A stretch of 32,000 bases of DNA from positions 3,210,001 to 3,242,000 of the forward strand of contig NZ_CP042905.2 in assembly GCF_008000775.2 (NCBI RefSeq), written 5' to 3'. The notes under the pieces are model-generated. The model saw only the letters and a list, made by a program, of their open reading frames with translations. It was not told the DNA's origin and made no database searches. Origin of the DNA: Promethearchaeum syntrophicum (GTDB lineage Archaea > Asgardarchaeota > Lokiarchaeia > Sigyniarchaeales > Promethearchaeaceae). Of the stretch, positions 26,700 through 32,000 are shown piece by piece; position 1 is the first letter of the stretch, and the number at the start of each line of letters is the position of its first letter. The position numbers and the translations under genes are program-made.

Positions 26700-27788
26700 A
26701 TGGTTCTAAATTGGTCAGCAGGAGTAATAATCGCGTTTATTTCATTAATTCCATCAACAGCCGCAACAGTATTAACACTCATTCAATATTCAAAGGATAA
26801 ATATACTCATTTGAAATATTTAATGGGAATGTGGGCTTGCTTAACTATTTGGATTCTTTTTCAAGCTATCGGGGATTTACTTTTAAGTATTCCCCTTCAC
26901 CTTATTTGTTTCTATTCTTTAATTGGAATGGGCTACTTTGCCAATCTATTTGTTGATTCTATTACGCGCGATTCAGTTGATCTTTTTAAAATGATCATAA
27001 TGACGATTGCATCGAGTGCGGTTTTTATTTTTTCATTTGCAGAGGATGCCGTAATCATTGATCCAGATGCTGTGACTCCATATCCAACAATGCATGGAAA
27101 CTTCCGAATTGCTTCGCTAATTCATATGGTTATTTTTATTTTGGTAGTAGTTTATGGAAATCTAAAAGTATTTCTATATACACCTAAGCATTTAAAATTT
27201 TATTCCTTTTTAAATCTCTTTGGGGCATATTTATGGGGAGTACAACCATTATGGATTCAATTCACTGATTTGGAAAAAATATTTCCGGGATTGGCAACGG
27301 GTAGTATGGCAATTGGGACTTTAATAATTGCTCTTGTTCTTATAAGGGAACCTAAATTAGCATATATTTTACCTTTCAAAGCATACAGAATTCTTATTAT
27401 GGATACAAATAGCGGGATCATTCTCTATAAACATGATTGGAATGAACTCAAAGCCAAAAGTAGTGAAAATATATTTTCAGGAATGTTACAAGCAATTAGC
27501 ACTATGTTTGATCACACCATTAACAAAGGAAATGTTCGCGAAATAAATTTTGATGAAGCAGTTTTAAGCTTAAAAATATCGAAAAAAATACCCATTGCGT
27601 GTATTTTAATTTCAAGTAATATAACTAAAACGTTAAGAACCTCTTTTGAAAATTTTGCAGATGAAGTGTTCCAAGATTATGAAAAATTAACAGAGAATGC
27701 TATAATACAAAAGAACTATGAAAAAGGGAAAAATATTATTGAAAATCATTTTCCTTTTGTCCCGCAACTTGGTCAATTAAAACAATAG
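26700..27788 (+). CDS. 7-TM membrane protein with conserved C-terminal cytosolic domain (paralogue 2 of 3)
   Basis: MVLNWSAGVIIAFISLIPS start aligned with paralogues (the track start 26655 is probably too early). Same architecture, ending YRILIMDTNSGIILYKHDWNELKAKSSENIFSGMLQAISTMFD... Confidence 0.8.
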   Translation: MVLNWSAGVIIAFISLIPSTAATVLTLIQYSKDKYTHLKYLMGMWACLTIWILFQAIGDLLLSIPLHLICFYSLIGMGYFANLFVDSITRDSVDLFKMIIMTIASSAVFIFSFAEDAVIIDPDAVTPYPTMHGNFRIASLIHMVIFILVVVYGNLKVFLYTPKHLKFYSFLNLFGAYLWGVQPLWIQFTDLEKIFPGLATGSMAIGTLIIALVLIREPKLAYILPFKAYRILIMDTNSGIILYKHDWNELKAKSSENIFSGMLQAISTMFDHTINKGNVREINFDEAVLSLKISKKIPIACILISSNITKTLRTSFENFADEVFQDYEKLTENAIIQKNYEKGKNIIENHFPFVPQLGQLKQ

Positions 27789-28038
27789 GAAGTATTTTTT
27801 TTGGAATTTTTTTCTAGTATATCAGTTAATTTGTAAGAAGTTGCCTCAGATTTCTTGAAATTCTATACACTGATATCCTACTGTATTTCTTTTTTTAGTT
27901 TACAAAATTGAGTGCAAATTCATATGATTTAAACATATTAGTCTATATGTAGAATCAAAAGTGGTATAACTTTAAATTGGATTACGTTAAAGCTAATATG
28001 AAGATTGAGTTAATAAAATTCATAAGAAGATATAATAT

Positions 28039-29115
28039 ATGGTACTGAATTGGTCAATAGGCGTAATAATTACATTTATTTCCTTGATTCCCTCAAGTTT
28101 AGCTAGTGTACTTACGTTAATTCAATATTTTAAAGATAAATATTCTCATTTAAAGTATTTATCAGGGATTTGGATTTGTTTAACGATCTGGATCTTTTTT
28201 CAAGGAATTTCTGATCTATTATTGTCAATTCCACTCCATATTATTGGGTTTTACTCACTAATGGTTGTGAATTACTTTGCAAATCAATTTGTTGACTCAA
28301 TTACGAGGGAATCTACTGACATCATAAAGATGATTATCGTTTCAATTTCATCTACTGCAATATTAATTTTTTCATTATTACCGAATGCGGTTATTATTAA
28401 AGAAGACGCAGCAACTCCTTTTGTTACATTCACCGGAAATTTCCGATACGCTGCAATGGTTCAGGTTTTTTTGTTTATTTTGATTACAACTTATGGAAAT
28501 TTAAAAGTCTTTCTCCATACTCCAAAACAATTAAAATTTTATTCCTTCTTAAATCTCTTTGGGACCTATTTATACGGTATACAACCATTATGGATTCAAT
28601 TTACTCATTTAGAAGATCGCTTTCCAGGTGCAGCAAACGGAAGTATGGCGATCGGAACTTTATTGATTTCAATGGTGATTATACAACATCCAAAATTAGC
28701 ATATGTCATCCCCTTGAAAGTTTATAGAATTCTCATTATGGATACAAAAAGTGGATTAATTCTCTTTAAACATGATTGGAATGAGCTTAAAGCTAAAAGT
28801 AGTGAAAATATTCTTTCTGGAATGCTACAAGCAGTAAATACAATGTTTGATCAAACAATTAATAAGGGAAATGTTCGTGATATAAAATTCGATCAAGCAA
28901 TTTTAACCTATGAAAAATCTAGAAAAACCTCAATCGCCTGTATAATTATTTCAAACAAGATCTCGAAAACATTGAGAACATCCTTTAGTGATTTTGCAGA
29001 TGATGTATTTAAGGATTATGAAAATACTAAGGAAAATTCCTTAATAAAAAAGAATAATGAAAAATGCGAGATATTGCTTGAACAATATTTTCCATTTGTC
29101 CCAAAATTTGATTAA
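28039..29115 (+). CDS. 7-TM membrane protein with conserved C-terminal cytosolic domain (paralogue 3 of 3)
   Basis: MVLNWSIGVIITFISLIPS. Same architecture, YRILIMDTKSGLILFKHDWNELKAKSSENILSGMLQAVNTMFDQTINKGNVRDIKFDQAIL... Confidence 0.8.
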   Translation: MVLNWSIGVIITFISLIPSSLASVLTLIQYFKDKYSHLKYLSGIWICLTIWIFFQGISDLLLSIPLHIIGFYSLMVVNYFANQFVDSITRESTDIIKMIIVSISSTAILIFSLLPNAVIIKEDAATPFVTFTGNFRYAAMVQVFLFILITTYGNLKVFLHTPKQLKFYSFLNLFGTYLYGIQPLWIQFTHLEDRFPGAANGSMAIGTLLISMVIIQHPKLAYVIPLKVYRILIMDTKSGLILFKHDWNELKAKSSENILSGMLQAVNTMFDQTINKGNVRDIKFDQAILTYEKSRKTSIACIIISNKISKTLRTSFSDFADDVFKDYENTKENSLIKKNNEKCEILLEQYFPFVPKFD

Positions 29116-29121
29116 TTAACC

Positions 29122-30294
29122 CTATAGAATTTTTTTAATTCGGGAAACAGCGTCTTTGATTCTATCAATAGGCTCTGTAAGCGCAAAACGAATATAACCT
29201 TCACCAAATTCCCCAAAACCAATACCTGGTGTTGTGACTACTCCAACATCTATAAGTTTTTTACAAAATTCCATCGAATCTGGTTCAGGAGATTTTGTCC
29301 ATACATAGAAAGTTGCTTTAGGTTTGTTGGTTTGCCATCCAATGCGGTTTAATCCTTCTACTAAAATATCACGTCGCTTTTCATATATATCCATAGTATC
29401 TTGAACTATCGGAGGTTTTTTTTCAGTTTTATATTCCTGGAAACCTTTAATTGCAGCACGTTGAATGAATCTCGGGATACCTGTATCTATTTGAGCTTTA
29501 ATTTTTTTTAATCCACCAATTATTGATTTTTCACCGAGTGCAAAACCAATTCTCCAACCTGTCATGTTAAAAATCTTTGAACATGAATTGATTTCAATAT
29601 GATTTGTTGTAAATTCTAAAATAGAAGGAGCGATATAATCATCGAAGGTAAATTCTGAATATGGATTATCATAAATTATTAGGATATTGTTCTCATCTGC
29701 AAACTCGATTGCTTCTTTTAGGAAATTTTGGGTAATTATTCCACCCGTAGGATTGTTCGGATAATTTAAAAACATCAGTTTGCTTTTTTTTATAATTTCC
29801 ATAGGAATATAACTCAAATCTGGTAAAAAATTATTTTCTTCTTTTAATGGCATCATGTAAGGAACGGCCCCATTAAGAATTGTGGCACCATTCTCATATA
29901 CGGGATAACTAGGATTAGGAATTAAAATTACTTCCCCGGGATTTACGAATGCTCTAGCGACATTTGCAAGTCCTTCTTTTGCCCCTATCAACCCAATTAT
30001 TTGAGAACTCGGCTTTAAATCTACTTTGAACCTTATTTTATACCATTCTGCGATTGCTTCCAGAAAATCTGGCTCTCCTTGCCTTGTCGGATAATTATGA
30101 TTAGTGGGCTTATTAACTTCTTCAATTAGAGCATCAACAATTAATTGTGGAGTTGGGATATCAGGATCTCCCACATCCATAGAAATCAGATCAACGCCCT
30201 CTTTTTTCTTTCTTCGCTTTATTTCTGCGATTTCGGCAAATATGTAAGGAGGGAGTTTGTTTAATCGGTCGGAATATTTTAGATTTAAGGGCAT
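29122..30294 (-). CDS. dapL: Class I/II aminotransferase, LL-diaminopimelate aminotransferase-like
   Basis: MDVGDPDIPTPQLIVDAL, NYPTRQGEPDFLEAIAEWY, IGAKEGLANVARAFVNPGE, NYPNNPTGG, SCSKIFNMTGWRIGFALG. Confidence 0.8.
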   Translation of the reverse strand: MPLNLKYSDRLNKLPPYIFAEIAEIKRRKKKEGVDLISMDVGDPDIPTPQLIVDALIEEVNKPTNHNYPTRQGEPDFLEAIAEWYKIRFKVDLKPSSQIIGLIGAKEGLANVARAFVNPGEVILIPNPSYPVYENGATILNGAVPYMMPLKEENNFLPDLSYIPMEIIKKSKLMFLNYPNNPTGGIITQNFLKEAIEFADENNILIIYDNPYSEFTFDDYIAPSILEFTTNHIEINSCSKIFNMTGWRIGFALGEKSIIGGLKKIKAQIDTGIPRFIQRAAIKGFQEYKTEKKPPIVQDTMDIYEKRRDILVEGLNRIGWQTNKPKATFYVWTKSPEPDSMEFCKKLIDVGVVTTPGIGFGEFGEGYIRFALTEPIDRIKDAVSRIKKIL

Positions 30295-30360
30295 TAAATT
30301 TTCTACTCCAAATTATTGATTAAGTTATTATTATTTAATTCTCAAAATAAAAAAAAAATA

Positions 30361-31554
30361 TTAAACACAAAGAAGATCTTCTTTATTGTTTAACGCTTCA
30401 ATTAGTAAGGGAATTACTTTATGCAGATCTCCAACTATTCCGTAATTGGCTACTGTAAAAATCGGAGCATTGGGATCTGAGTTAATCGCAATAATCACTT
30501 TACTGCTTTTCATTCCCACAAGATGTTGAATTGTGCCAGAAATGCCGCACGCTATATAGATTTTCGGCGATACAGTGGTACCACTTTGCCCTACTTGGTG
30601 ATTTTTCCCAATCCACCCTAACTCTATGGGAACACGACTTGCTCCAACTGTTCCATGAAAAACATCAGCTAAGTCTTGAATCAATTTGAAATTTTCTTTA
30701 CTTCCAACACCTCTACCACCCGAAACAACAATATCCGCTTCGCATAAAGGGATCCCATCTTCACATACAGCGCTGAGAACTTCTTTAACCCACACACGTA
30801 AGCCTTTTTCATCTATTTTTACCAGTACTTCAATTATCTCGGCATTCTCACTATGATCTTCACATAAATTCTTCATTACATTCGGTCGAACAGTTGCCAT
30901 TTGAGGCCGGGTTTCAAAATCTACTATATCTGCCATAATATTTCCTCCGAATGCTGGACGGGTCTGCAGTAATTTATTTTCATAAATAGAAAGCCCAGTA
31001 CAATCTGCTGTTAGACCCAATTTTAAAATAGAAGCTACTCTTGGAGCTAGATCCCTTCCTTTAATTGTTGCGGGAAATAATACTATGTTTGGATTATAAT
31101 TTGAAATAAGTCCAATAACTATGTTCGCATATGTATCGGTGTAATATTGAAGTAGATTTTCATCTTCTGCTATAAATATTTTATCAGCACCATGAATGGC
31201 TAAATCTTTGGCGAATTTTTTAACATCACTACCAATTAAAACAAGCCCAACTTTCTGTTTTAATTCGAAAGCAAGATCTTTCGCCTTGCCAAGCAATTCA
31301 TAGGTGACAGTTCGAATTTTACCGTCCTTTACTTCAGCTACAACCCAGACATCTTGAAATTTAGACAAATCCACATTTTTTGCTTTTCTGCGCTCTAAAT
31401 CGATGGCATTGAAATTACAAACTTGAACACAAGCACCACATAAAGTACATGCTTCATTAATAACCGCTTTTTTATCTATGAGTGTTATTGCACCAAAAGG
31501 ACACGCTTTAACACACAAACCGCACCCAGTACAATTATCATTGACATTTATCAT
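30361..31554 (-). CDS. etfA: Electron transfer flavoprotein alpha subunit with N-terminal 2x[4Fe-4S] ferredoxin domain
   Basis: CTGCGLCVKACP and CTLCGACVQVCN, followed by EtfA domain with GGRGVGSKENF, LGASR-like GTVGASRVPIELGW, QVGQSGTTVSPKIYIACGISGTIQHLVGM. Confidence 0.93.
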   Translation of the reverse strand: MINVNDNCTGCGLCVKACPFGAITLIDKKAVINEACTLCGACVQVCNFNAIDLERRKAKNVDLSKFQDVWVVAEVKDGKIRTVTYELLGKAKDLAFELKQKVGLVLIGSDVKKFAKDLAIHGADKIFIAEDENLLQYYTDTYANIVIGLISNYNPNIVLFPATIKGRDLAPRVASILKLGLTADCTGLSIYENKLLQTRPAFGGNIMADIVDFETRPQMATVRPNVMKNLCEDHSENAEIIEVLVKIDEKGLRVWVKEVLSAVCEDGIPLCEADIVVSGGRGVGSKENFKLIQDLADVFHGTVGASRVPIELGWIGKNHQVGQSGTTVSPKIYIACGISGTIQHLVGMKSSKVIIAINSDPNAPIFTVANYGIVGDLHKVIPLLIEALNNKEDLLCV

Positions 31555-31555
31555 T

Positions 31556-32000
31556 CTATATCACCAAGTCCTCCGATAATTTGTCAAATAAGTTTTTCAC
31601 TGCAATTTCTGGCTCATCCGCATATATTACACCCTTTTCATTGATAGGAGGAGGATATACTTTGATTACTTGTGTAAGGGACCCTTCAAGTCCGAAATTT
31701 TCTTTGTCAACATCAAAATCGGCTACGGTCCAAGTTTCTAAAGGTTTCTTTTTAGCCATTAAAATAGCGCGCATAGCGGGATTAGAAGGTTCAAATGATG
31801 AAGGTGTAATTCCCGCAATTAAAACGGGCAATTTTGCTTCCACAATGTTATAACCATCATCTGTAACTGTTTTTGCTTCTAATCGTTTTCCTTCAATTTT
31901 TAGAACCTCTTCAACATAGGTTATTTGAGGTATACCAAGCTGTCCCGCAATTTCAGGACCAACTTGAGCAGTATCTCCATCAATCGCTTGAAGTCCTGCA
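31556..32000 (-). CDS. etfB: Electron transfer flavoprotein beta subunit, N-terminus truncated by window edge
   Basis: Reading the frame through to the edge gives AGLQAIDGDTAQVGPEIAGQLGIPQITYVEEV...VEAKLPVLIAGI, typical EtfB. The 'Met' at 31843 in the track is an internal GTG Val. Confidence 0.92.
   Translation of the reverse strand, partial: AGLQAIDGDTAQVGPEIAGQLGIPQITYVEEVLKIEGKRLEAKTVTDDGYNIVEAKLPVLIAGITPSSFEPSNPAMRAILMAKKKPLETWTVADFDVDKENFGLEGSLTQVIKVYPPPINEKGVIYADEPEIAVKNLFDKLSEDLVI

Noticed and set aside
1-32000. CRISPR array, tRNA/rRNA genes, insertion sequences
   Set aside because: Intergenic gaps were read for regularly spaced repeats, cloverleaf-like GC-rich segments and transposase motifs, and none was found. 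A tRNAscan/Infernal run would be needed to exclude small or intron-containing RNAs.

Overview
AT-rich archaeal chromosomal segment. Archaeal-type ribosomal proteins eS24 and eS27, Rpo7/Spt4, a GTP-dependent dephospho-CoA kinase and a Kae1-Bud32 fusion all support this. The overall style (lipid/acyl genes, many membrane and zinc-ribbon proteins) is compatible with an Asgard/Lokiarchaeia-like genome, but that lineage assignment is inference. No rRNA, tRNA, CRISPR or transposon could be supported. The left part holds the usually contiguous information-processing cluster rpo7-spt4-DPCK-rps24e-rps27ae-kae1-bud32, here split into two pieces on opposite strands by about 6 kb containing a secreted SBBP-type propeller protein, a double winged-helix regulator and two tandem esterases. 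The middle carries an acyl-ACP thioesterase-like protein, a DUF1846 protein, an APH-like kinase, a secreted protein and a flavoprotein. The strongest unusual signals are: (1) two homologous two-gene SDR modules (17546-19317 + and 21288-22962 -), each with a degenerate SDR upstream of a canonical SDR. The two degenerate copies have lost different catalytic residues (Ser->Asn in one, Tyr->Trp in the other), which suggests a pseudoenzyme/enzyme heteromer. (2) Three tandem paralogues (25452-29115 +) encoding an apparent 7-TM domain plus a conserved soluble C-terminal domain whose predicted secondary structure resembles a longin/roadblock-type fold. The right end has a DapL-like aminotransferase and a ferredoxin-fused EtfA with a truncated EtfB.
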